This document shows positions 41,308-53,370 of a stretch of DNA of 64,000 bases, one piece after another. The position numbers and the translations under genes are program-made. The notes below the pieces were generated by a model. It was not told the origin of the DNA, made no database searches, and saw only the letters and a program-made list of their open reading frames with translations. The stretch is from positions 4,800,001-4,864,000 of the forward strand of contig CBDFKD010000002.1 in assembly GCA_965248695.1 (NCBI GenBank), given 5' to 3'. The stretch is from Acidobacteriota bacterium (GTDB taxonomy: Bacteria; Acidobacteriota; UBA890; WLXD01). Position 1 is the stretch's first letter, and each line of letters begins with the position of its first letter.

Positions 41308-42915
41308 GTGGGGACGCGGACGCAGCGGTTCTACCTGACGACACCGATCTACTACGTCAACGACGTGCCGCATCTCGGGCATGCATACACCACCATTGCC
41401 GGCGACGCCATGGCGCGCTTCATGCGCCAGCGGGGCGTCGAGGTGTTCTTCCTGACCGGCACCGACGAGCACGGTCAGAAGGTGGCGCAGGCAGCCGCTC
41501 GCCGCGACATGTCGGAACAGGCGCACTGCGACGAGCTGCATCGCAACTTCAAGGAACTCTGGGAGCGGCTCGGGATCTCGCACGATGCCTTCATCCGGAC
41601 GACCGACCCCGAGCACAAGGAGCAGGTGCGCGACGCTCTGCAGCGGCTCTACGACGACGGGCAGATCTACGAGCAGGACTACGAGGGGTGGTACGACGTC
41701 ACCCAGGAGATGTTTGTCACCGACCCCGACGAGATCGAGCGGCTGCAACAGGACGGCCGCGTCGAGCGCGTGCGCGAGTCGAACTACTTCTTTCGCATGA
41801 GCGCATACCAGCGTGCCCTCGTCGCCGCGATCGAAGGTGGATCGCTAGAGATCCATCCGCACACACGCCGTAACGAGATCCTGGGGTTCTTGCGGCAACC
41901 ACTGGGTGATCTGTCGATCTCGCGCCCCAAGTCGCGGTTGGCCTGGGGCGTCGAGCTGCCCTTCGACACGGAACACGTTTGCTACGTCTGGGTCGATGCG
42001 CTGCTGAATTACTGCACCGCGTTGCGATACCTCAACCCGGGCACGCCTGTCGAAGCCGACTACGCGCCGTTATGGCCGGCGGACTACCACCTCATCGGCA
42101 AGGACATCCTGACAACCCATTCGGTGTACTGGACAACGTTGCTGATGGCACTCGACCTGCCGCTGCCGCGCAATATCTTCGCGCACGGCTGGTGGACCGT
42201 TGAGGGGCAGAAGATGTCCAAGAGCATCGGCAACGTCATTGATCCCAATCGACTCATCGACGAGTTCGGCGCCGACGCCTTGCGTTACTACGTCCTCCGC
42301 CAGATGCCGTTCGGGCAAGATGGTGACTTCGCCGCCGCGGCGCTCGTGGAGCGCATCAACTCCGATCTGGCCAACGACCTCGGCAACCTCGCCTCACGGG
42401 TCTTGAATCTCGTGGAGAGCGACGGCGGAGCGTTCGTGGCCGATCCGAAGCACACTCCGGCGACGGAGGAGTTGCTCCGACGCTTCGAAGGCTCGGTGCC
42501 GAAGTACGAGCAGGAGTTCAGCGATTTCGGCTTCGCTGCGGCCTTGAGAACAGCCTGGGAAACGGTGCGTGCCGCCAACAAGCTGGTGCAAGAGACCGAG
42601 CCCTGGCAACTACGAAAGCAGAGGGACACGACGCCAGCGGACGGTGATCACTTCGATGCCGTGATGTTCGCGTGTGGCAGCGTATTGAAGAGCCTTGCCG
42701 CGCTGCTGTCGCCCGTTATGCCGGACACGATGGGCCGCCTCTGGGCGTCGCTTGGTGAGACCACCGAGCTCGACGAGTTCCGCTACCCGGGCTCCGAACG
42801 GCTCCTGCTCGTCGGGGGCCGGGGTGCCAGCGTTCGCCGGGGCGAGATGCTGTTTCCGCGCATCGACGCGAAGCGCGTACGCAGCTTCGCGGAGCGCGCC
42901 GCGGAGATCGACTGA
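41308..42915 (+). CDS. metG: Methionine--tRNA ligase (short form)
   Basis: TTPIYYVN..HLGH, GTDEHG, YVWVDAL and KMSKS. Start is uncertain. Confidence 0.96.
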   Translation: MGTRTQRFYLTTPIYYVNDVPHLGHAYTTIAGDAMARFMRQRGVEVFFLTGTDEHGQKVAQAAARRDMSEQAHCDELHRNFKELWERLGISHDAFIRTTDPEHKEQVRDALQRLYDDGQIYEQDYEGWYDVTQEMFVTDPDEIERLQQDGRVERVRESNYFFRMSAYQRALVAAIEGGSLEIHPHTRRNEILGFLRQPLGDLSISRPKSRLAWGVELPFDTEHVCYVWVDALLNYCTALRYLNPGTPVEADYAPLWPADYHLIGKDILTTHSVYWTTLLMALDLPLPRNIFAHGWWTVEGQKMSKSIGNVIDPNRLIDEFGADALRYYVLRQMPFGQDGDFAAAALVERINSDLANDLGNLASRVLNLVESDGGAFVADPKHTPATEELLRRFEGSVPKYEQEFSDFGFAAALRTAWETVRAANKLVQETEPWQLRKQRDTTPADGDHFDAVMFACGSVLKSLAALLSPVMPDTMGRLWASLGETTELDEFRYPGSERLLLVGGRGASVRRGEMLFPRIDAKRVRSFAERAAEID

Positions 42916-42922
42916 GCTCCGC

Positions 42923-43666
42923 TCAGCCCCTCACTGCCGCGACGTGCAGGCTCTGGTCGACGTGGGCCGCTCGTCGATGCGCACGGTCGACCGATTCCTC
43001 CAGCGACCGTCCGAGTGCCAGCAGGGCCGCAAGCGCGCCCGCCGCCGTCGCAGCAGCCGCGGGACCGACCGGCTGTGGGTAGTCCAGCACCGCCGTGCGC
43101 TCGCCGTAGGCGACAAAGTCCACCGCGCGCGCGCCGTCGAGGTTGCCGCGTACCCAGGCGGCATAGGCACCGGCGTCGAGGAGCTGTTGCGCCAGGATCG
43201 CCTGGTCGTCAGTGTTCGGGCCGCCGAGCAAGAAGCTGATCTCCGGCGCCGGTAACAGCGCCACCGTCGTCTCGGGTAGAAGACTGGACACCTGTGCTTT
43301 GCGGTTCGCCGCACCTAGCGTGCTGGCCAGACCTGCGCCGGAGGCTGCCACCGGGGCGTAAACCAGGGTCTCGGGAAGCGTCCGCGCAAGACTCTGCGCT
43401 ACTGCGCGCGCCTGCCAGTAGCTCGGCAACAGGCCGATGAGCATCCCGTCGACGCGGCGACGGAATGCCTCGTCGAGCACCCGCTGCAGCGCCCTTGCCG
43501 GTATCGGATGGACGCGCGACGGCTTGCCGTCTGTTCTTTCGAGCACTCCGGTCGTGACCGGCAGAATCTCGTCCACGCCTTCGGCCGCCGCCGCATGTGC
43601 CGCGATCGATAGCCCAGTCTGACCGCGCGGGTCGAGGGCGTCGAGAACCAGGAGACGGGTCACCAT
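42923..43666 (-). CDS. ThiD-like (HMP/pyridoxal kinase, ribokinase fold) protein, divergent
   Basis: LDALDPRGQTGL resembles AGSDPSGGAGI. MLIGLL, LLPETTVALLP..E and C-terminal ALAALLALGRSLEESV follow the ThiD layout. Confidence 0.6.
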   Translation of the reverse strand: MVTRLLVLDALDPRGQTGLSIAAHAAAAEGVDEILPVTTGVLERTDGKPSRVHPIPARALQRVLDEAFRRRVDGMLIGLLPSYWQARAVAQSLARTLPETLVYAPVAASGAGLASTLGAANRKAQVSSLLPETTVALLPAPEISFLLGGPNTDDQAILAQQLLDAGAYAAWVRGNLDGARAVDFVAYGERTAVLDYPQPVGPAAAATAAGALAALLALGRSLEESVDRAHRRAAHVDQSLHVAAVRG

Positions 43667-43867
43667 CAAGGAGGCTCGTTACAGGGATTCATCAGGTGGA
43701 GGCGGCGCAAGCAGTCGACGCCGGGAAGGTCACCACCGGTCAGGAGTGCCGGAGGCCCGCCAACGTGTCGCGCTATGATAGCAGCAGGGGCGAAACGGAG
43801 ACGTTCTTCAGCGACCTGCGACGGATGGCCTGCCGGTGGGCAGGTTGGAGGGCCAGTGAGATCGCCG

Positions 43868-44575
43868 ATGCCTCGAAGCGTGCGGCTGCTGACGATCGTC
43901 GGCATCGTGCTCACGAGTGCCGCACATGCAGGTGCGTCAGCTCCGATCGCGCCGCCGCGTGCGAGCGCGCAGGAACGTTCGGAGCTTCCACTCGAACGCT
44001 TGCTGCGCCGGGTTCAGGAGCGCTATCGAGGGCTGCAGGACCTTCGAGCCCGATTCCGACAAATCAGCATCGCGCGACCGGGAATGCCGGCCCGCGAGGC
44101 GATGGGAACCTGGTTCGCGCGGCCACCGGGGCGGATACGGGTGGAGTACGACGCCACCGGGCGGGTGCTGGTTGCCGATGGCGAGGCGCTGTACTGGTAC
44201 CTTCCGGAGGACCGACAAGTTCAGATCCGGCCGCAGGACTCACTCGCCTCCAGCCAGACGCCGATGCTGTACTTGACCGGTGGAGGGGACCTCGTGAGCG
44301 ACTTCACCGTGGCCGGGATTGACTGGGACGAGAAGGTTGCTCCGGGCAACGTGCAGCTGCGTCTGGATCCGTTGATCGCGGACAGCTGGTACACCCACCT
44401 GATCCTGGAGGTCGAACCGGACACCGCGCTCATCGCTCGACTGGTATCGTTCGGCCTTCTCGGAGAGTCATCCGAGTTTCGTTTTCTCGAGGTCGAGACC
44501 GACGTGGGTTTGGCCGACGAGCTGTTCCAGTTCACCATTCCTGCAAATGCCGACGTCGAGCACCTCGGTAGCTGA
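43868..44575 (+). CDS. lolA: Outer-membrane lipoprotein carrier LolA family
   Basis: Signal peptide, ARFRQ, RPPGRIRVEY, VADG..YWY.PE..QV and FQFTIP. Confidence 0.85.
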   Translation: MPRSVRLLTIVGIVLTSAAHAGASAPIAPPRASAQERSELPLERLLRRVQERYRGLQDLRARFRQISIARPGMPAREAMGTWFARPPGRIRVEYDATGRVLVADGEALYWYLPEDRQVQIRPQDSLASSQTPMLYLTGGGDLVSDFTVAGIDWDEKVAPGNVQLRLDPLIADSWYTHLILEVEPDTALIARLVSFGLLGESSEFRFLEVETDVGLADELFQFTIPANADVEHLGS

Positions 44576-44594
44576 GACACCCCCACCCACAGAG

Positions 44595-45590
44595 ATGCAA
44601 AGCGACAGCCACCCGGTCACACAGATCGCCGCCTTTCACCTAGCGAAAGATCGGCTCGAGCTCGTTGAGCGCGACATCGCCGCGCTGCGCGACTCCGACA
44701 TTCCACTGGTGCGCGACATTGCTACGTACCTGCTCGGCAACGGTGGCAAGCGCGTTCGACCGGCGATGGTGGCGTTGTGTGCTCAGGCGTGTGGATATCG
44801 CGGCAATGGGGATGTGGATTTGGGCGTGATCGTCGAGTGCATCCACACCGCTTCGCTGGTCCACGACGATATTGTCGACGGCGCTAAGGTGAGGCGGGGG
44901 CAGGAACCCGCCAATCGAGTATGGGGCAATCAGTTGGCCGTTCTGTTCGGCGATTTCCTCTACGCCAAATCGCTGGCGATGAGCGTAGCGCTCGGTAAGC
45001 TGCGCCTCGTCGAGGTGCTGACCGACGCCACCTCCCGCCTGGTTGAAGGCGAGATGCTCGATGTGATCCACAACGGTCATGCCGATCTGACGGTCGACGC
45101 CTACATGGATATCATCGATCGGAAGACCGCTTCGCTGTTTGCCGGCTGTGCGCAGGCCGCCGCGGTGCTGGCCGATTCGCCACCGGAACAGGAGGCGGCA
45201 CTTGCCGGCTACGGCCACGATGTCGGCCTGGCGTTTCAGCTTGTCGATGACTTGCTCGACTACGACGCCGATGCAGTCCGACTCGGCAAAGAGCCCGGTA
45301 CGGATCTCCGAGAGGGCAAGATGACTTATCCGCTCATCCACTTGCTGCGGGAAGGCGACGAGTCGGTGCGCAGCCTGGCGATCTCGTGTCTGGGCGACCC
45401 CGATCGCGTCGCGAGTGGTCTTGCCGAAGTGGTCGAGGGGATGCGATCCGCCGGCAGCCTGGACGCCACGTTGCACACCGCGCAGCGGTACGCCGAGCAG
45501 GCGCGCACCGCCCTTTCCGTATTGCCGCCGAGTGAAGCGCGAGACGCGCTCGCCGAGCTCCCCGACTTCATTGTTCTTCGGCGGCACTAG
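44595..45590 (+). CDS. ispB: Long-chain polyprenyl diphosphate synthase (IspB-like)
   Basis: GGKRVRP, ASLVHDDIVD..RRG, KTASLF, FQLVDDLLD and DLREGK. Confidence 0.93.
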   Translation: MQSDSHPVTQIAAFHLAKDRLELVERDIAALRDSDIPLVRDIATYLLGNGGKRVRPAMVALCAQACGYRGNGDVDLGVIVECIHTASLVHDDIVDGAKVRRGQEPANRVWGNQLAVLFGDFLYAKSLAMSVALGKLRLVEVLTDATSRLVEGEMLDVIHNGHADLTVDAYMDIIDRKTASLFAGCAQAAAVLADSPPEQEAALAGYGHDVGLAFQLVDDLLDYDADAVRLGKEPGTDLREGKMTYPLIHLLREGDESVRSLAISCLGDPDRVASGLAEVVEGMRSAGSLDATLHTAQRYAEQARTALSVLPPSEARDALAELPDFIVLRRH

Positions 45591-45606
45591 CGGGCCTCGC
45601 TCGGCG

Positions 45607-46395
45607 GTGCGCCGGCCGGCGCCGGGCCATCGGACGGTCGCATCTCTGCTGCTGACGGCGATTGCCGGGTGCGGGGGTGGCGCGGCGGGTCCAACGGCAA
45701 CCCCGACCGCCTTGCCACCGGCGACAGATCTCACCGTTGAGGCGTTGGCGGAGATTACCAACGGGTTTCGCGCTCGTTTGCTGCGCATCCACACGGATAT
45801 CGAGGCCTGTCACCGAGACCGTTGCGCCGGTCTGCGAGGGACGTTGTTGGTGGCGCGGAGTGGCGCGCTGGCGGCGCACTTGGCCGACGGCGGGGACAGC
45901 GTGGAGATCGCCAGCGACGGTCGTCGACTGGCGCTGCGAGTGGGGGACACTAGCGAGCCCGAGGTGCACGACGCCCTCGACTTGCCACCAGGGGCTCCTT
46001 CGCGGCCGTATCTCGCGTTGGCCCCGCTCGATCTTGCCGACGCGCTGTTGCCGCGAATCGTCGCGTCGGCAGCGGTCGATTCGGGATCAGCGGTCCTCGA
46101 GCGACGTCCCGGCGAGGTGATCCTGATGTTGCTGGCGACCGGCTCTCCGCGGTTGGTCCGACGGATCGTCTTCGACCCGGTAGCCCACGAGATTCGACGC
46201 ATCGAGCGCTTCGATGTAGGCGGCTCGTTACGTCTGGTCATCACCTACGGGGGCTGGGATCCACGACGCGGCCCGCCGGGCGGGCCCGTCAGGCTCACAT
46301 GGCCGCAGCGCGACGCCTCCCTCGACCTGGCGATTCGCTCCGTCGAGATCGAGCCTCCGGTCGATCAGACGTCGTTCCGGCTGCGAACTCCGTAG
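45607..46395 (+). CDS. Hypothetical lipoprotein (possibly LolA/LolB-like fold)
   Basis: Lipobox IAG-C after a hydrophobic stretch, with a beta-rich C-terminus ending VDQTSFRL. Confidence 0.55.
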   Translation: MRRPAPGHRTVASLLLTAIAGCGGGAAGPTATPTALPPATDLTVEALAEITNGFRARLLRIHTDIEACHRDRCAGLRGTLLVARSGALAAHLADGGDSVEIASDGRRLALRVGDTSEPEVHDALDLPPGAPSRPYLALAPLDLADALLPRIVASAAVDSGSAVLERRPGEVILMLLATGSPRLVRRIVFDPVAHEIRRIERFDVGGSLRLVITYGGWDPRRGPPGGPVRLTWPQRDASLDLAIRSVEIEPPVDQTSFRLRTP

Positions 46396-46418
46396 CGCTT
46401 GCTGCTACAGGCCACTAG
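46394..46418 (+). repeat. CAGGCCACTAG motif copy C
   Basis: TGCTG-CTA-CAGGCCACTAG between convergent genes. The CTAG supplies the TAG stop of the - strand gene. Confidence 0.85.
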
Positions 46419-47152
46419 AGTCCGGGGAGTTGTAGCAGCGCGGCGATGATGGCGGCGCAGACCAGGTCGTATTGCCACGATCCACGCGGCCAATTCAGGA
46501 AGATCCAGCGACCCAGAGAGCCCCAGACCTCGAGGCCTTGCGGAGCTTGTTCGTCTCCGGCGGTGCCTTGGTGTCGCTGGCGCAGAACCCGGTAGGCGTG
46601 CAGCAGACGTTGGACGGTGGTCAACCACGTCAGGAAGGCGAGCAGCGTCACCGCCTGCGCCAGTCGTCCGATGAACAGCCCGAGCATCAGCAGCACCAGG
46701 CGCTCGCCGCGCTCGGTGAACCCGACGCGACACTCGGGGATTACGTTCTCGGCGCGCGCGCGCGTATAGGAAACGCCCAACGAACCGCCCAGCGACACGG
46801 CGCTGAGCACCACGTAGAGGGGCTCGCCGAGCATATGAAAGTGGTAGACGACGCCGATGTGAACGAGCGTGTCGGAGGCTCGATCGACAACCGAGTCGAG
46901 CACGCCACCGAATTCGGAGGTGGTGCCATAGGCGCGCGCCACGGCTCCGTCGATGAGGTCGAGTGTGCCGCCGACCACGATCCATCCGGCAGCCGCGAAG
47001 GGTCGACCCTGGGCCAGGTTCCAGGCGGCGATCGTCATCGGAATCAGCGACGAGAGCGTCAGGACGTTCGGTGGTATCCCGACGCCTCCGATCACCGACG
47101 CGAGGGCGCCCTTGACCACCGTCCCGCCGCGTCCGAGTCCCTCGCTGATCAT
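46415..47152 (-). CDS. CDP-alcohol phosphatidyltransferase (PgsA/PIP synthase-like)
   Basis: PNVLT, DLIDGAVAR..G...DSVVDR..D, SYTRARAE and ERGER. Confidence 0.92.
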   Translation of the reverse strand: MISEGLGRGGTVVKGALASVIGGVGIPPNVLTLSSLIPMTIAAWNLAQGRPFAAAGWIVVGGTLDLIDGAVARAYGTTSEFGGVLDSVVDRASDTLVHIGVVYHFHMLGEPLYVVLSAVSLGGSLGVSYTRARAENVIPECRVGFTERGERLVLLMLGLFIGRLAQAVTLLAFLTWLTTVQRLLHAYRVLRQRHQGTAGDEQAPQGLEVWGSLGRWIFLNWPRGSWQYDLVCAAIIAALLQLPGL

Positions 47153-47322
47153 GTCATCCTAGTGCGCCGCGCGGATTGTCAGGCGGGCGGTTTCTCCGGA
47201 CCGACGCGGTGGTGGCGTCATCGTCGATCGTCCGTCGTCGGCGCTGCGAAGCGCGGCTACGATAGGCCGGTGCCCTGAAAGCTGTCAAGAACGGCCAGCT
47301 GGCCACGACGAGCAACGCTGAC

Positions 47323-48255
47323 ATGTCATCGGTAGTGATCATCGCCAACCCGACCGCAGGTGGTGGCCGAGCGGGCCGCGCCGTTGAGCGGCTACGCCCG
47401 CGCCTGAGCGAGTGGGCTCCCGGGTGTCAGCTGATCCTCACAACGGGCCGGGGGCACGCTGCGACGCTGGCCGAGCAGGCGCAACGCGAGGGGGCGGCAG
47501 TCGTGGTTGTTGCCGGCGGCGACGGCACGTTTCATGAAGCGGTCAACGGTTTGCTTGCCGTCGATGCCGGTCCGACGCCTGATCTTGCATGCTTGCCGTT
47601 GGGCACGGGCCGCGATCTGGCCAGGTCCTTCGACATCGCGGATCCGCTCGCTGTGCTCGACGTGCCCTTGGCGCGCCTCGAGCGCCGGCTGCTGGACGTC
47701 GGTGTCGCGCAGCTCATGGGCGGTCCCGAGGGTGGCGGCGAGCGCCCCGTAAAGGTCTATTTCGTCAACCATGTCAACGCTGGGCTGGGCGCGTGGACGG
47801 CGGCGCGCGTCAGCGGCTCGGCGGGGTTGCGCCGAGTGGGCAAGGCAGCGTACGTGCTGGCCGCCGCCCCCCGAGTCGTTGGCGGCGCGCGTACCGATTT
47901 CGCATGGGTCAGTGAATCGGGCCGCGGCCGTGGCCCGCTGCTCAACGTCTCGATCTGCAACGGGCCATCGTTCGGCGGCGGCATGCGCCCGTGTCCGAAC
48001 GCTCGGCATGACGACGGCTGGCTTCACATGGCGCTGATCGATGCCATCCCGGTTTCCAGGATCCCGCGCCTGATGTACAGGGCGGCGCGCGGCGTCGACC
48101 TCGTTGATCCCGCCATCTGCGTCGTTCGCGGGCGGTCCTTCAGGCTCGAGGGCAAAGCGCTCGTGGAGACTGACGGCGAAGTGTCGGGGCGACTACCTGG
48201 ACGCTTCTCGGTGTTGCCCGGAGCGTTGACGCTGCGAGTTCCACCGCCGGATTGA
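47323..48255 (+). CDS. Diacylglycerol/lipid kinase family (YegS/DgkB-like)
   Basis: NPTAG, GGDGTFHE, PLGTG.D, FGGGM and DGE. Confidence 0.9.
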   Translation: MSSVVIIANPTAGGGRAGRAVERLRPRLSEWAPGCQLILTTGRGHAATLAEQAQREGAAVVVVAGGDGTFHEAVNGLLAVDAGPTPDLACLPLGTGRDLARSFDIADPLAVLDVPLARLERRLLDVGVAQLMGGPEGGGERPVKVYFVNHVNAGLGAWTAARVSGSAGLRRVGKAAYVLAAAPRVVGGARTDFAWVSESGRGRGPLLNVSICNGPSFGGGMRPCPNARHDDGWLHMALIDAIPVSRIPRLMYRAARGVDLVDPAICVVRGRSFRLEGKALVETDGEVSGRLPGRFSVLPGALTLRVPPPD

Positions 48256-48332
48256 GAGGCCTGGGGCGGCGGTGTACCGTCGTTCCGACCCTAGTACTAG
48301 CGCCGCCACGTGACCGCACACCGGGAGAGGCT

Positions 48333-50823
<2,491 letters not shown>

Positions 50824-50829
50824 GCGCGC

Positions 50830-51657
50830 ATGGGCGCGGTGACGCTCGGCGATGGCGTGGTCTTCGGCGACGGTGAGCTCGGGCTGATCGCCGGTCCCTG
50901 CGTGATCGAGAGCCGGGACCACTGCCTCCGTATGGCCGAAGCCGTTGCCGAGATTAGCCGCCGGGCGCGGTTGCCGTGCGTGTTCAAGGCCTCCTACTAC
51001 AAGGCCAATCGCACGTCGGTGTCGACTTACCGTGGCCCCGGTGCTGACGAGGGGCTGCGCATTCTCGCGGACGTTCGCGACGCTGTCGGCCTGCCGGTCC
51101 TGACGGACGTGCACGAACCGGCGCAGGCAGCTGCTGCGGCGGAGTGTGTCGACGTCTTGCAGATTCCGGCCTTCCTGTGCCGCCAGACAGACCTGATTCT
51201 GGCGGCTGCCGCAACCGGCCGGCCGGTCAACCTGAAGAAGGGACAATTTCTGGCGCCGTGGGACATGGGTCAGGTGGTCGAGAAGGCGGCCTCTACCGGC
51301 AACGAAGCGTTGCTGGTCACCGAGCGCGGCACGTCGTTCGGCTACAACAATCTCGTCGTCGACTTCAAGGGCCTGCGTTTTCTCGCCGGATTCGGCTATC
51401 CGGTCGTGCTCGACGTTACCCATAGCCTGCAGCTGCCCGCCGGCCAGGGGGAAAGCACCGGCGGACAGCCCGAGTTCGCCGAGCCGCTCGCAGCCGCAGG
51501 TGTGGCTGCTGGAGTCGATGTCCTGTTCATCGAGGTGCACGACGATCCGCCCGCGGCGCTCAGCGACGCCAGCACCCAGCTGCCGCTAGAACGCCTCGAA
51601 CCGCTGATCGAGAAGCTCATCAGGATCCGAGCCGCGACTTCCGCCACGGCCGACTAA
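50830..51657 (+). CDS. kdsA: Kdo-8-phosphate synthase
   Basis: AGPCVIES, KANRTS, PAFLCRQTDL and KKGQF. Confidence 0.97.
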   Translation: MGAVTLGDGVVFGDGELGLIAGPCVIESRDHCLRMAEAVAEISRRARLPCVFKASYYKANRTSVSTYRGPGADEGLRILADVRDAVGLPVLTDVHEPAQAAAAAECVDVLQIPAFLCRQTDLILAAAATGRPVNLKKGQFLAPWDMGQVVEKAASTGNEALLVTERGTSFGYNNLVVDFKGLRFLAGFGYPVVLDVTHSLQLPAGQGESTGGQPEFAEPLAAAGVAAGVDVLFIEVHDDPPAALSDASTQLPLERLEPLIEKLIRIRAATSATAD

Positions 51658-51667
51658 GGCGAGGGAA

Positions 51668-52660
51668 ATGGCCGCCGAACGAACCGATACAGCTCGCCGC
51701 CGCGCCGGGTTGGAGATGGCGCGCGAGGTCCTGCAAACCGAGGCGCAGGCACTGCAGAAGCTCGCCGAGCGCCTCGACGAGGAAGCGCTGGGGCAGGCGT
51801 TGGATCGGCTGCGTGCCTGCGACGCCCGTATCGTCTGCTCGGGGATGGGCAAGTCGGGCATTATCGCCAGGAAGCTGGCCGCGACACTTGCCTCGACCGG
51901 GAGCCCGGCGTTCTTCCTGCACCCGGCCGAGGCTGGGCACGGCGACCTGGGCATGCTGGTCGACGGCGACGTGTTCTTCGCGCTCAGTCACAGTGGCGAC
52001 ACCGGCGAGATCGTTGCGTTGTTGCCGGCGATCCGGCGCTTGAAAGTGGAATTGATCGCCATGGTCGGCGATATCGATTCGACCATCGCGCGCGAGGCGG
52101 ACGTCGTCTTACACGTCGACGTCGATGTGGAGGCATGTCCACTAGGGCTCGCCCCGACCGCGTCGACCACTGCCGCTCTAGCGCTCGGCGACGCGTTGGC
52201 GATGGCCCTCCTGAAGGAGCGCGGGTTCGGGGCCGAGGAGTTCGCCCGCTTCCACCCGAAGGGATCTCTGGGGCGTCGACTGCTACGCGTGCGCACTGTG
52301 ATGCACACCGGTGATCAGGTGCCGCGCGTTGGTGAGACCGCTTCGCTTGCGGAGGCGATCGAGCAGATGACCGCCAAGGGTCTGGGGATGACGCTGGTAG
52401 AGTCGGTCGACGGTAAGTTCGCCGGCATCATCACCGATGGAGACATTCGCCGGCTCGCCCAGAGCGGTATCGACACCGACCAGTCGGCGCGCAGCTGCAT
52501 GACGCCAGATCCGGTGTTCGTCGCCGCCGACGCGCTGGCGACGGAGGCGTTGCGGTTGCTCGAGGAGAGCCGCATCACTGTGCTGATCGTCGATGATGGC
52601 GATCGACGCGCCCTCGGCGTCGTCCATCTGCACGATCTGTGGCGAACGCAGATGGTCTAA
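51668..52660 (+). CDS. kdsD: Arabinose-5-phosphate isomerase (SIS + 2 CBS)
   Basis: GMGKSG, HPAEAGHGDLG, APTASTT, FHP.GSLG and TDGDIRR. Confidence 0.96.
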   Translation: MAAERTDTARRRAGLEMAREVLQTEAQALQKLAERLDEEALGQALDRLRACDARIVCSGMGKSGIIARKLAATLASTGSPAFFLHPAEAGHGDLGMLVDGDVFFALSHSGDTGEIVALLPAIRRLKVELIAMVGDIDSTIAREADVVLHVDVDVEACPLGLAPTASTTAALALGDALAMALLKERGFGAEEFARFHPKGSLGRRLLRVRTVMHTGDQVPRVGETASLAEAIEQMTAKGLGMTLVESVDGKFAGIITDGDIRRLAQSGIDTDQSARSCMTPDPVFVAADALATEALRLLEESRITVLIVDDGDRRALGVVHLHDLWRTQMV

Positions 52661-52681
52661 TCCCCTGTTACAGGCCACTAA
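52657..52681 (+). repeat. CAGGCCACTAG motif copy D (one mismatch, CTAA)
   Basis: CTAA-TCCCCTGTTACAGGCCA-CTAA. The first CTAA contains the kdsD stop. Confidence 0.85.
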
Positions 52682-52715
52682 TGATCCCGCCGCGAGTCCT
52701 ATCTGCGGCCCTATC

Positions 52716-52740
52716 GATTCCCCTTGTTGCAGGCCACTAG
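52716..52740 (+). repeat. CAGGCCACTAG motif copy E
   Basis: GATTCCCCTTG-TTG-CAGGCCACTAG, 59 bp after copy D and 13 bp before the kdsC ATG. Confidence 0.85.
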
Positions 52741-52753
52741 AAGGCTGCGAGAA

Positions 52754-53332
52754 ATGCAGCGACTCTCCAGATCGGACTACGAAGATCGTTTGCGGCGGCT
52801 GCGGCTGTTGATTACCGATGTTGACGGGGTGCTCACCGACGGATCGATCGTCTATGCGGGTGCCGACAGCGAGGCCAAAGTGTTCAACGTTCGCGACGGC
52901 AGCGCGGTGAAGATTGCCTCGGTGATCGATCTCCGGATCGCGGTGGTGACGGCGCGCGAGTCGGCCGCCGTCGGTCGGCGGTTCTCCGAGCTGCCGGTTT
53001 TCGAGCTGCGCCAGGGCGCTTTCGACAAGGTCGGCGCCTGCCTGGAGATGCAGGCGAAGCTCGGGCTGGAAGCGTCGCAGGTGGCCTTTCTGGGGGACGA
53101 CCTGGTTGACCTTGCCGTCATGCGCCACGTGGGAACAGGAATCGCGGTCGCCGACGCGCACCCGCGTATTCTCGAGGCCGCCGACCGGGTCACAGCCGCG
53201 CTCGGCGGACGGGGCGCCCTCCGCGAGGTGGTCGACGACGTGGTGGTCGCGCGAGATCTCTGGGACAGCGTCGAGAACGACTATCTGCGCCGTCAGTCGG
53301 TTGCGCCGGCAGACGAGCCGGATGCACCGTGA
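52754..53332 (+). CDS. kdsC: Kdo-8-phosphate phosphatase (HAD)
   Basis: DVDGVLTDG, FNVRDG, GDDLVD and GGRGALRE. Confidence 0.95.
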   Translation: MQRLSRSDYEDRLRRLRLLITDVDGVLTDGSIVYAGADSEAKVFNVRDGSAVKIASVIDLRIAVVTARESAAVGRRFSELPVFELRQGAFDKVGACLEMQAKLGLEASQVAFLGDDLVDLAVMRHVGTGIAVADAHPRILEAADRVTAALGGRGALREVVDDVVVARDLWDSVENDYLRRQSVAPADEPDAP

Positions 53333-53370
53333 GCCGGTGAGATCGGACCCATGTCCGGGGGCTACGACGC

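Noticed and set aside
41680-41720. MetRS knuckle lacking zinc-binding Cys
   Set aside because: Zinc-less single-knuckle MetRS forms are a known subtype.
43678-43685. GTTACAGG upstream of the ThiD-like gene
   Set aside because: It lacks the conserved CCACTAG end and is too short.
43666-43914. 82-aa ORF between the ThiD-like gene and lolA
   Set aside because: No recognisable motif or RBS, and it overlaps the lolA start. Probably divergent promoter DNA.
52657-52740. CRISPR array
   Set aside because: Only two imperfect units, no cas genes, and the same motif occurs singly elsewhere. Reported as a repeat.
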